From Candidatus Latescibacterota bacterium (GTDB taxonomy: Bacteria > Latescibacterota > UBA2968 > GCA-2709665): a stretch of DNA of 64,000 nt. The position numbers were made by a program, and so were the translations under genes. The notes under the pieces were generated by a model, which saw only the letters and a program-made list of their open reading frames with translations, did no database searches and was not told the origin of the DNA. Shown piece after piece: positions 1-8,525 of the stretch. The first letter of the stretch is position 1. The number at the start of each line of letters is the position of its first letter. The DNA lies in assembly GCA_965219455.1 (NCBI GenBank), contig OZ244744.1:5696001-5760000 (forward strand), given 5' to 3'.

Positions 1-1920
1 ACTCTCCTGATGGTACAGGGGTTGCCTTACGACAGTGCGGGAGCAAGGGCCAATTGCGCCGCCATCACTGCGATCATGTGTGGACAGGCCTACGCAACGT
101 CGGCCCGCATGGCAGCTGACAAAAGCACCTTTTCGGGCTTCGAGAAGAACCGTGGCCCCATGCTCAACGTAATGAACATGCACCGGGGCGCCGCTTACAA
201 TATCGATGCCCACGCCTGCCCACGCGATCTGCATCGGGCCGCCCGGGAAGATTGGGACCTGGCGGTTGAACTGGGCGAAAAATACGGCTATCGCAATGCG
301 CAGGCCACGGTGATCGCACCCACCGGAACCATTGGCCTTCTGATGGACTGTGACACCACCGGTATCGAACCCGACTTCGCTCTGGTCAAATTCAAAAAGC
401 TCGCGGGCGGCGGCTATTTTAAAATTGTCAACCACGCCGTGCCCAAAGCCCTGGAGCGCCTCGGTTATACGCCTGAGGAAATCGCGGATATTCTCACCTA
501 CCTCTGCGGCAGGCTCACACTGAAAGATACGCCGCATATCAACGCCGAATCGTTAAAGGCGAAAGGCTTCGGTCCCGGGGATCTAAATAAAGTGGAAGGA
601 GCGCTGCCCGGCGTCTTTGAACTGGAATTTGCCTTCACCCCCTGGATTCTTGGAGAAGGCCTGATGGATCGCCTGGGCTTCTCTCCCGAACAGTACAGCG
701 CACCCGGCTTTCATCTGCTTGGCGAACTCGGCTTTACCGCTGGGCAAATCAGCGACGCCAACGAAGTCATCTGTGGCCGAATGACCGTCGAGGGCTCGCC
801 TCATCTCAAAGATGAGCATCTACCCATATTCGACTGCGCCAACAAATGCGGCAGACATGGAAAACGCTTTATTGCACCCATGGCGCACCTCGGCATGATG
901 TCCGCCGCCCAGAAGTTTGTCTGCGGAGCCATTTCCAAAACCGTAAACGTCCCCAGCGAAACCACCGCCGGAGAGATTGAAGACCTTTACATCAAGGGCT
1001 GGAATCTGGGGCTAAAGGCCGTGGCCATTTATAGAGACGGCTCGAAACTCTCTCAGCCACTGAGTACCGCCACCAAAACCGACGCCGAAGCAGAAGCCGC
1101 CGAGTCCGAAGAATCGCTTACGGATTCAGCGGGACGGGCGACGGGAAAGAACACACCAGCGCCCGTCCCGCTGGTAAGCCAGCCCACAAGGCGGCGGCTC
1201 CCGCAACGACGCAGCGGTTTTACGCAGGAAGCCCGCGTGGCCAATCAAAAGGTCTTCTTGCGCACCGGCGAATATGAGGACGGTTCCCTGGGTGAAATTT
1301 TTATCGACATGAGCAAGGAAGGCGCACCTTTCCGCAGCATGCTGAACTGCTTTGCCATCGCAGTGTCCAAGGGCCTGCAATACGGCGTACCCCTTGAGGA
1401 ATACGTAGACGGCTTCACCTTCACGCGTTTCGAGCCATGGGGAACCGTCGACCACCCGAATATCAAATTCGCAACTTCCGTCATCGATTACATCTTCCGC
1501 GTCCTCGGCTACGAATACCTCGGCCGGACCGACTTTCTCCAGGTGAAACCGGAAGATATTGCTTCCGACATCAACGACCACCACGATCTGGAAACGGAAG
1601 TGATTTCACTATCAACGCAAAATCCCGAATCCCCCGGTGAGCGTGCCGACGCGCCGGGCGCTTCAGCGCCGCCAGACCCCACCCCGAAAGCCAATCCGGC
1701 CTCCAATGGCGCGACGGGTGCCGGTTCACAGCACGAGGCTTCCAACGGGTCGTCGTCCCACACGGAAGCGCATATACATACTCAATCGATGGTCCTCGAC
1801 GATCAGCTCTCGCAGATGATGGGGGATGCCCCCTTTTGCGACACCTGCGGTCACATTACGGTTCGAAACGGTTCGTGCTATCGCTGCCTGAATTGTGGAA
1901 ATTCAGTCGGCTGTTCATAG
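1..1920 (+). CDS. nrdJ: Vitamin B12-dependent (class II) ribonucleotide reductase, 5'-truncated by the window edge
   Basis: YRNAQATVIAPTGTIG, GAISKTVN and LKAVAIYRDGSK motifs; TSCPD-like domain (RTGEYEDGSLGEIFID); C-terminal Cys zinc ribbon CDTCG...CLNCGNSVGCS. Frame is open from base 1. Confidence 0.95.
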   Translation, partial: TLLMVQGLPYDSAGARANCAAITAIMCGQAYATSARMAADKSTFSGFEKNRGPMLNVMNMHRGAAYNIDAHACPRDLHRAAREDWDLAVELGEKYGYRNAQATVIAPTGTIGLLMDCDTTGIEPDFALVKFKKLAGGGYFKIVNHAVPKALERLGYTPEEIADILTYLCGRLTLKDTPHINAESLKAKGFGPGDLNKVEGALPGVFELEFAFTPWILGEGLMDRLGFSPEQYSAPGFHLLGELGFTAGQISDANEVICGRMTVEGSPHLKDEHLPIFDCANKCGRHGKRFIAPMAHLGMMSAAQKFVCGAISKTVNVPSETTAGEIEDLYIKGWNLGLKAVAIYRDGSKLSQPLSTATKTDAEAEAAESEESLTDSAGRATGKNTPAPVPLVSQPTRRRLPQRRSGFTQEARVANQKVFLRTGEYEDGSLGEIFIDMSKEGAPFRSMLNCFAIAVSKGLQYGVPLEEYVDGFTFTRFEPWGTVDHPNIKFATSVIDYIFRVLGYEYLGRTDFLQVKPEDIASDINDHHDLETEVISLSTQNPESPGERADAPGASAPPDPTPKANPASNGATGAGSQHEASNGSSSHTEAHIHTQSMVLDDQLSQMMGDAPFCDTCGHITVRNGSCYRCLNCGNSVGCS

Positions 1921-1934
1921 CATTTGGTGTAAAT

Positions 1935-1976
1935 AAGAAGAAGGGCCGGACGGCTTGCCGTCCGGCCCTTCTTCTT
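1935..1976. terminator. Bidirectional intrinsic terminator
   Basis: Perfect 20-bp inverted repeat AAGAAGAAGGGCCGGACGGC-TT-GCCGTCCGGCCCTTCTTCTT between convergent genes. Confidence 0.85.
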
Positions 1977-1994
1977 TCAATCAACCCGAAGCAT

Positions 1995-2594
1995 TCATTC
2001 ACCGGTCGAACGGGGCAAAAACTCCGCCTCACCGATGTGGCAGGTTGCGCAGGTGGCCGGTACTCCGTCTGACGTGATCAACGATCCCTCGTAGTGGTCC
2101 ATCATATATTTGGCCATCAGCTTGTGTTTGGTCGGCTGCTCGGGCGCGAGCCGTCCGTCTTCGCGCCTGACGTGGCAGAAGTCGCAGTTTACCCCCAGCG
2201 CTTTCTCGATGGCTTTCATCTTCCGAAATATCTCCCGCCGGGGCAGCCGCCCAGAAAGGTTGGACGGCCTGGCGTCCTCGAGGTCCCGAGGAATGAACCG
2301 GGCTCTGCCCTGGTGGCAGAACATGCAGTCCAGCGTCTTCCCTTCTGCTGTATTCAGCCCACCCACAAAGTGAACTTTCATATGGATGGCTGTTTGCTTG
2401 AACAATGAAGGCGCTTCGAAATCGGGTTTTCCATCTGGTCTCCTTGCAGTATGACAATGAGTACACCGTACCCCGAGAGACCTGGCAATTCGCTTCATGT
2501 TCTCTTCGCTTGTGTCCAGCACGTGGCCCCGATCGGCATGGGCGGCAACTGCCGAAACACCCATTCCAATCGCAATCAGCAGCAATTTCGTCAA
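1995..2594 (-). CDS. Exported tetraheme c-type cytochrome resembling the reaction-centre cytochrome (PufC-like) diheme repeat
   Basis: Four CxxCH motifs (CTHCH, CMFCH, CDFCH, CATCH) in two duplicated M..I...LGV.CxxCH...M...CxxCH units. Signal peptide ends AAHA. TTG start at 2594 follows GGAGGT. Confidence 0.8.
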   Translation of the reverse strand: MTKLLLIAIGMGVSAVAAHADRGHVLDTSEENMKRIARSLGVRCTHCHTARRPDGKPDFEAPSLFKQTAIHMKVHFVGGLNTAEGKTLDCMFCHQGRARFIPRDLEDARPSNLSGRLPRREIFRKMKAIEKALGVNCDFCHVRREDGRLAPEQPTKHKLMAKYMMDHYEGSLITSDGVPATCATCHIGEAEFLPRSTGE

Positions 2595-2725
2595 AACACC
2601 TCCACAAAGAAATCCCCGGCTATCGCCAGAGCAACCGCACCACATCGCTCACCTTCATCCACTTGAATAACCGCTTTCGCGATCGCTGTATTTTCACGCG
2701 CGGCGCTGGTGTGTGTCATTGTGCC

Positions 2726-4090
2726 TCAGTTCACTTTTCCGGCAACGATAGAGCGCCCGTCGACACCACCGGGAACATCCAGACCGACGGCGTCGAAGAG
2801 CGTTGGAAACACGTCGATCAGTCGAACCTTTTGTTGTGATAGATCCGCCTTGCGATTGATGAAAAACATCGCGTCCGAGAATGTATGGGTGCCATTTACA
2901 GGACCGCGCTCCATCAATTCCCCGCTCTCAAACCCGCCCTTCAAATCGTAGCCTTCCGCCGGCATGGCCACCAGATCCGGCGCCTGTTCAAAGGCATCGC
3001 CTGCATAGAGTTCCTCGCGCTTGAAAATCCTATGGATCACCGGTTCACCCGTTACAGGATTTCGGATTTCCATCAGACCGCTGGCGATGTCCTGTCTCAG
3101 CGCCTCGTATTCCGCTCCCGGTTCCACGCATCCACCACGCTCCCGCCCACGTAAACAAAGGTAAAAACGCCCAGGCAGGAGCGAATAACATCTCGTGCCG
3201 GGCGCCAGGTCGCGAAGCCCCCTGGCCGTTCTACCCAGGAAGCGCAAATAACCAGCCTGGCGCAGCCAGTAATTCAATTGTACTTCATACTTCAGCTTGC
3301 AGAATCCATGATCGGATATTATCATCAGCAGGACATCATCGTTAAGCCGGTCCGCCACGTCACCGATTGCACGGTCCACCCGAGCATAAAACCGGTGGAA
3401 CCACGGCAGATACGCCTCGCTGCCGTCTTCAACCAGTCCCCACAAAAAATGGTGTAACCTGTCCGTTTCTATAACGTGGGCGACAAACAGGTCCCATGGC
3501 TCCTGGTCCAGGTAGTGGAACATCGCGTCGAACCGCCGTTCCATGGCCTGGAAGACGTCGTCCAGGAATCGCTCCCTATCCTTGCGGGCCAGCCACGCGT
3601 CGATGTCAATCCGATATCCCATTGAAGACAGTTGACGTGCAACCGCGGCGGGATAGGTTCCCCTGTTCAGATCCGGCGCCAGAAATCCGGAAATCAGAAT
3701 GCCGTTCACCGCCCTGGGTGGATAGGTGGTCGGCACGCCCATGGAAAAGACACGCCTGCCCATCCCGCTGAAAATCTCCGTCCAGGTTCTGACACGCATC
3801 GTTCTGGACGAGGGGATGTACATTTCATGAGTCTTCGGCACACGATCGATGAAGCCATAGATATTGTGCCTGCCGGGATTGCAGCCGGTTACCAGCGACG
3901 CCCAGGCCACCGACGATACGGTAGGCAAGACCGACTCCATGCGCGCCAGGCTTCCGCTACGCATCAAGGCGGCGAGATTCGGCATGCTGCCGTCGGAAAC
4001 TAGGCGTTTTATCAAACTGCAGGGGGTTCCATCCAGGCCAATAATCATGGCCCGTGAAGGCCCATCTCGAGGGAGGTTAACCGAAATCAT
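2726..4090 (-). CDS. Alkaline-phosphatase-superfamily protein (type I phosphodiesterase/nucleotide pyrophosphatase)
   Basis: IIGLDG, PTVSSVAWASLVTG.NPG.H.IYGF, ETDRLHHFLW, ISDHGF and C-terminal GTH motifs. Confidence 0.85.
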   Translation of the reverse strand: MISVNLPRDGPSRAMIIGLDGTPCSLIKRLVSDGSMPNLAALMRSGSLARMESVLPTVSSVAWASLVTGCNPGRHNIYGFIDRVPKTHEMYIPSSRTMRVRTWTEIFSGMGRRVFSMGVPTTYPPRAVNGILISGFLAPDLNRGTYPAAVARQLSSMGYRIDIDAWLARKDRERFLDDVFQAMERRFDAMFHYLDQEPWDLFVAHVIETDRLHHFLWGLVEDGSEAYLPWFHRFYARVDRAIGDVADRLNDDVLLMIISDHGFCKLKYEVQLNYWLRQAGYLRFLGRTARGLRDLAPGTRCYSLLPGRFYLCLRGRERGGCVEPGAEYEALRQDIASGLMEIRNPVTGEPVIHRIFKREELYAGDAFEQAPDLVAMPAEGYDLKGGFESGELMERGPVNGTHTFSDAMFFINRKADLSQQKVRLIDVFPTLFDAVGLDVPGGVDGRSIVAGKVN

Positions 4091-4107
4091 GGAAAATTAC
4101 GGACGTT

Positions 4108-4147
4108 AAAAAAACCTTTGGCTCCATATTCCACCGGGAGCCAAAGG
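4108..4147 (-). terminator. Intrinsic terminator of the tRNA pair
   Basis: 11-bp stem CCTTTGGCTCC/GGAGCCAAAGG followed by T7 on the minus strand, just downstream of tRNA-His. Confidence 0.85.
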
Positions 4148-4167
4148 CGGGGTTAGCGAAAGAATAA

Positions 4168-4245
4168 TGGGGTGAGTGAGGGGACTTGAACCCCCGACCT
4201 CCTGGGCCACAACCAGGCGCTCTAACCATCTGAGCTACACCCACC
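4168..4245 (-). tRNA. tRNA-His (GUG)
   Basis: Cloverleaf with G-1:C73 pair, anticodon arm CCTGG-TTGTGGC-CCAGG, TTCAAGT T-loop and encoded CCA. Confidence 0.97.
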
Positions 4246-4261
4246 ACAAGTTGTCACAAAA

Positions 4262-4335
<74 letters not shown>

Positions 4336-4379
4336 CTCAAGTCCGGCGCACGAAGCTTTCTACTAGAAATCGAACATTA

Positions 4380-4408
4380 AAGATAGCCCAATCTCCCTGT
4401 GGTGTCAA
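4380..4408 (-). promoter_or_regulatory. sigma70-type promoter of the tRNA-Arg/His pair
   Basis: TTGACA-17 nt-TATCTT on the minus strand. Confidence 0.75.
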
Positions 4409-4486
4409 GCGAAAACAGTGCGGCGCCGGGTTATGTAAAGATCTGTAAATTTGGGCTCTATGTAGTCTCGAGAAACAAAATCCGCC

Positions 4487-4515
4487 TTGCTATCCGGACG
4501 CATGTGAGGTATATT
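4487..4515 (+). promoter_or_regulatory. sigma70-type promoter for the barrel/propeller operon
   Basis: TTGCTA-17 nt-TATATT, ending 62 nt upstream of ATG 4578. Confidence 0.6.
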
Positions 4516-4577
4516 TCAGCGCGAGAAACCCAGGCTCTCGCCTCACGTCCACATCTTACGGATCGGGGAAATCCCGC

Positions 4578-5549
4578 ATGCGACCCTTCTCAGCCCTCTA
4601 TCTGTTCCTGTTCCTTGTAGCGCTAATTTTCGCGGCGCCCGCCGCCCATGCTCAAGGTGGCGTCAGCTGACGGCGCCCCGTGCTCCCGGGCGGGAGCTTG
4701 ATGAAGAATAGTTCGTCAGTAAAGGATCAGCTGAAGCTCAGCGTTCATTACGATTACGAATTCTTATCAGACCCACACTACGGTTCCCGCGCCATACCGA
4801 ACGTTAATCGCGAGCGAACGGATAATGCCACGACCACCGTTTTTGCCTCGCACGGCGTTACCGAACGCATCGGCCTGACGCTCGCCCTGCCTTTCCGTTC
4901 AGTAACCAACGAAAAGGTGCTGTTGCGCGGACAGAATCACAACCAGTACGAGGGTGGGAAGTATGTTCGGCATGCTTCCGGACTGGGCGATATTGTGGTT
5001 ATGTTGAATTACGCGGCACCCATTGCAGTGGGCTTTCCCGGTTTGAATTTCGGCATCGGATTGAAGCTGGCAAACGGATCCACCAATGACAAAGACCAAT
5101 ACGGCGAACGTTTCTCTGACAATCTGCAGATCGGGTCGGGAAGCGTGGACCCGATTCTCGCGTTGAATGCATTCCATCGTCTAAAAAACCTGACGGTCTC
5201 GGGCGGTGTCTTCACGCGCATAACGACGAGGCAAAACATCTACGGCTACAAATATGGAAACGAACTGCACGCCACCTTCTCCGTTGAGTACGCTAACGAA
5301 GGCTTGTTCTACGGCGGGCTGAGTCTGAAAAACCTGATCACCTCACGGGACCGTTACCAGTTCGGTCAGATAACAAGAGAACGGGGAGGGAGGTGGTTGT
5401 ATCTTTCGCCTGAATTGGGGGTCAACATCCTGGACGATCTAAGCGTTGAATTCCGTCTGCCCATTGTCGTATTTCAAAATGTGAATGAGAGCCAGCTGAC
5501 GTCGGGCTATCTGATTGAGCTGAGCACGTCATACGTCTTCTCGCTTTAG
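4578..5549 (+). CDS. Outer-membrane beta-barrel (transporter/MetA-phenol-pathway-like family), candidate selenoprotein with TGA at codon 31
   Basis: ATG 4578 gives signal peptide MRPFSALYLFLFLVALIFAAPAAHA, then QGGVS, then in-frame TGA 4668-4670, then the 289-aa ORF with GLGDI, LQIGSGSVD, YKYGN motifs and a terminal SYVF strand. A SECIS-like hairpin follows the TGA. Confidence 0.75.
4671..4697 (+). promoter_or_regulatory. Candidate bacterial SECIS element
   Basis: 11 nt after the UGA lies stem GCUCCC/GGGAGC (4682-4697) with a G-led loop GGGC. Confidence 0.65.
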
Positions 5550-5559
5550 GCGATCCGGC

Positions 5560-6636
5560 ATGCACCATACAGGAAAAACACACGGCCGGTTCGTTTTTTT
5601 TACTCTGTGCATGTTCCTTTGTGTGTTGGGCTGTTCGCTTTATCTGGACGACGAAGAGCCGGATCATTTCTACGAATTCAAAGATTTCGAAATCCTGAAA
5701 CTCGGCGTGAATATCTCGGATATGGTCATGGATCCGAACCAGCCATTTCTCTATCTCGCAGACTATGGAAACAACCGGATTCTCCGCATCCACATTGGCA
5801 AGCAGATGGTCGTTGAAGGGAACCTCCAGGTGGGTTCCCACCCCATCGACCTCGACATTACACCGGACCAACGCCATCTGGTGGTGGGTTTAAACGGTGA
5901 ATCGAACCTGAAAATAATCGACCTGAGTACATTCGCCATTGTGAAGACCGTTCCCTTCTCACTGAACGATATCTCCCACATCGTCTGCGGAACCGACTCA
6001 ATTGTCTATGTATCTTCGCTGGACGAACCGCTGCTGATTGCCGTATCCATTGTGGACGACCTCGAGACCAGCGGGAATGTGCGTTCCGGCACCCTTCTCA
6101 TGAATCACCGCGACCGTAAGCTCTTCGTTGCTGCCAGGAACAACGTCCTGAAATACGACGCTTCAGGTCATTTTCCAACAACCGCGACCACTTCGACCCG
6201 TTTCAGTTTTTCAGCCAGGATAAACGATTTCGTGATGGGCCCTCTTAACGACCATCTCTACCTGGGTCTGGCGGATCCGCTGGACCGTGACCACGTAAAA
6301 GATCTTTGGTCATTCAGCACCGACAATCTGACGCTGACGGGCAAATACGAAATCAAGTCTCCTGCTCTGGGGCTTGCGCTGAGCCGCGACGGCCGGCGTT
6401 TGTTCGTTGCACCTACAGACGCGGATGAAGCGGGTGTTTTCATCGTTGAATTCGATACTCAAACCAAGCTGGAGAAAAACTATTTCCTTGCGGCGGGAAA
6501 CCTCAAGGAACGGGGCATTGCCATAGACAACAACGATCAATACCTTTATGTGGCGGTGTTTACGCCCGGCGACGACGATACCTTCGAACCCTACAATGTC
6601 AATTCGTACGATCTTCAGCGAATCAGAGTCGACTGA
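5560..6636 (+). CDS. YncE/YVTN-type beta-propeller lipoprotein
   Basis: Hydrophobic N-terminus with a VLGC lipobox. Repeated blades: VGSHPIDLDITPDQRHLVV, GLALSRDGRRLFV, GIAIDNNDQYLYV. Starts 10 nt after the barrel gene. Confidence 0.75.
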   Translation: MHHTGKTHGRFVFFTLCMFLCVLGCSLYLDDEEPDHFYEFKDFEILKLGVNISDMVMDPNQPFLYLADYGNNRILRIHIGKQMVVEGNLQVGSHPIDLDITPDQRHLVVGLNGESNLKIIDLSTFAIVKTVPFSLNDISHIVCGTDSIVYVSSLDEPLLIAVSIVDDLETSGNVRSGTLLMNHRDRKLFVAARNNVLKYDASGHFPTTATTSTRFSFSARINDFVMGPLNDHLYLGLADPLDRDHVKDLWSFSTDNLTLTGKYEIKSPALGLALSRDGRRLFVAPTDADEAGVFIVEFDTQTKLEKNYFLAAGNLKERGIAIDNNDQYLYVAVFTPGDDDTFEPYNVNSYDLQRIRVD

Positions 6637-6705
6637 CCCGTACCTGACTGCTCCTCCGGAGGAACCCGCTGGCGCTCGCAATATTGGGGCGGTTCCCATT
6701 TGGGC

Positions 6706-7428
6706 TCACCCGCCTTGTGTTTCGTGATCGTATCTGCACAGATGGGAAATCGGACAGACACTGCAGGACGGATTCCTCGCCGTGCATACTGTCTTGCCTA
6801 AATCAACCACGTTCATGTGGAAAGATATAGCCTGACCGCCCGGAATCAGTGGCGCGAGTTCCAGGTGTGCTTTCTCTCGGCCACATCGCGCTGAAATAAT
6901 CCCCACCCGGCGCAGGATGCGATACACATGCGTATCCACTGCGCACAGATCCCGATCAAAAGCGAAGGCCAGCACAATATAAGCCGTTTTGATCCCAATG
7001 CCTCGATGTTGGGTCAACAGGTCCACTGCGGTCTGATTCGGAAGATCCCGCAGGAAATCCAAATTCAAGTTCCCCCGTTCGCGCTTCAACCAACGCAAAA
7101 ACGCATGCATATTCGGGGCTTTTGTATTCGCCAATCCTGCCACGCGGATGGCGTCCTTCAGGTGCGCCACGTCTGCGGCCATCACGTCGCTCCAATCAGG
7201 AAATCGCGAACGCATCCTGTTATAGGCCCTGTCTCTGTTTTCGTCGTTCGTATTTTGAGACAGGATGGTCCGCATCAGCGCATCGAGGCCATCCGGCCGG
7301 ACACGTTTAAGGTCCCAGGCTGCGCCCCCGAACGTTTCGTTGAGTACACTGGACATTTCAGCTATCACCGCAACACGCGTCTGACTTAACGGGCTGTTCC
7401 ACCACGCCATGAAAGTACACATTGGCAC
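6706..7428 (-). CDS. Endonuclease III-like HhH-GPD DNA glycosylase with 4Fe-4S motif (start uncertain)
   Basis: TILSQNTND, GIGIKTA, AVDTHVYR and CTARNPSCSVCPISHLC motifs. Confidence 0.85.
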   Translation of the reverse strand: MPMCTFMAWWNSPLSQTRVAVIAEMSSVLNETFGGAAWDLKRVRPDGLDALMRTILSQNTNDENRDRAYNRMRSRFPDWSDVMAADVAHLKDAIRVAGLANTKAPNMHAFLRWLKRERGNLNLDFLRDLPNQTAVDLLTQHRGIGIKTAYIVLAFAFDRDLCAVDTHVYRILRRVGIISARCGREKAHLELAPLIPGGQAISFHMNVVDLGKTVCTARNPSCSVCPISHLCRYDHETQGG

Positions 7429-7599
7429 CCTCTCCGAAACACGGTCGGCCTCAGGAAAGTTCGGGGCTGGTGTTGCCGGGGGCTTGCGACAACGTCAGTA
7501 CCGGCTCACACCTTCCCCCTGTCCCGCGGCTCGTACCGTTTTGCGAAATTCGGAGTTCGACTGACCATGCCCCGCGCCGAATCGTTCCGGGCATGAGAC

Positions 7600-7628
7600 T
7601 TGACATCCGAATCTCCGATACCGATATT
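7600..7628 (+). promoter_or_regulatory. sigma70-type promoter upstream of tetR
   Basis: TTGACA-17 nt-GATATT. Confidence 0.5.
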
Positions 7629-7748
7629 TCAAAAAATCCGAACAAGCAAAAACGCGTCCCCTGCCGACGTCATGCCGGTGGTTTTCGGTAGATTTCAACA
7701 CCACCGGGTTTCTTTTCAATTTCAGATCCCAGAACTCGTCATTTATCC

Positions 7749-8384
7749 ATGCCCAAAAAACGACTTTCTCAATATGAAAGACGCCACCAGATTATCGATG
7801 TCGCAATTTCCCATTTTGCCTCCAAAGGTTTTAAGGGCGCCACAACACGAGCCATTGCCCGGGCCGCGGACGTCTCGGAAGCAATTATCTTCCGGCATTT
7901 CGCCACCAAAGAAGACCTATATGACGCCATAATCAACGACACGGTCGCCAGGTGGCTGCACTTCTGGGAGCAGGAAGGCAGTCCCGGCGATTCAGACGAC
8001 CTGGAATCCATGTTGCGCCACTTCGCCTGTTTCTACATCCAGCGAAATCGTCGGGATCCCACGTTTATCCGCCTGATGATGTACAGTGCGCTGGAAGACC
8101 ACAAATTCCGGGAGAAATTCTTCACCATTTACTCGTCTCCAAGTATGAGAGCCATTCGGCAGGCCATCGAAGAGGGTATCTCACAAGGACGTTTCAGAGA
8201 CGTGGACGTGCAACTGACCTTGAGATCTTTTTTCTGGGCTCTCCTTCACTATTGTATTAGCAGGTTCATTGCCAGCCACGAAAACGTCGACAGGGCCGAA
8301 GATCGCAAAATGATCGACAATCTGGTGCAGATCTTTATGGATGCATTGACCATGCGGCCATCTGCAGTAACTCCGCAACGATAG
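7749..8384 (+). CDS. TetR/AcrR family transcriptional regulator
   Basis: N-terminal HTH: FASKGFKGATTRAIARAADVSEAIIFRHFATKEDLY. Confidence 0.92.
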   Translation: MPKKRLSQYERRHQIIDVAISHFASKGFKGATTRAIARAADVSEAIIFRHFATKEDLYDAIINDTVARWLHFWEQEGSPGDSDDLESMLRHFACFYIQRNRRDPTFIRLMMYSALEDHKFREKFFTIYSSPSMRAIRQAIEEGISQGRFRDVDVQLTLRSFFWALLHYCISRFIASHENVDRAEDRKMIDNLVQIFMDALTMRPSAVTPQR

Positions 8385-8525
8385 AGGATCCGTTCGCCGT
8401 TCTGCGGGCCTTCACAAACTTACGCGCCGCCGGAACAGTCGCGTTACGGGGAGCGGAAATGTTTTCGCCGACATCAAAAAAACAGACCTCCTTCCACTGA
8501 ACGGCCTCCCACCGAGCTTTTTTCT

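Noticed and set aside
4661-4672. Perfect 12-bp palindrome CGTCAGCTGACG spanning the Sec codon
   Set aside because: A single short GC-rich palindrome with no loop; chance is sufficient to explain it.
6634-6665. TGA stop of the propeller gene followed by TCCTCCGGAGGA as a possible third Sec site
   Set aside because: The stem is weak, the protein ends naturally on a beta-strand, and readthrough would run into the convergent nth-like gene. Other TGA stops checked (cytochrome, sufB, second nuoB) end at normal family termini or hit another stop within a few codons.
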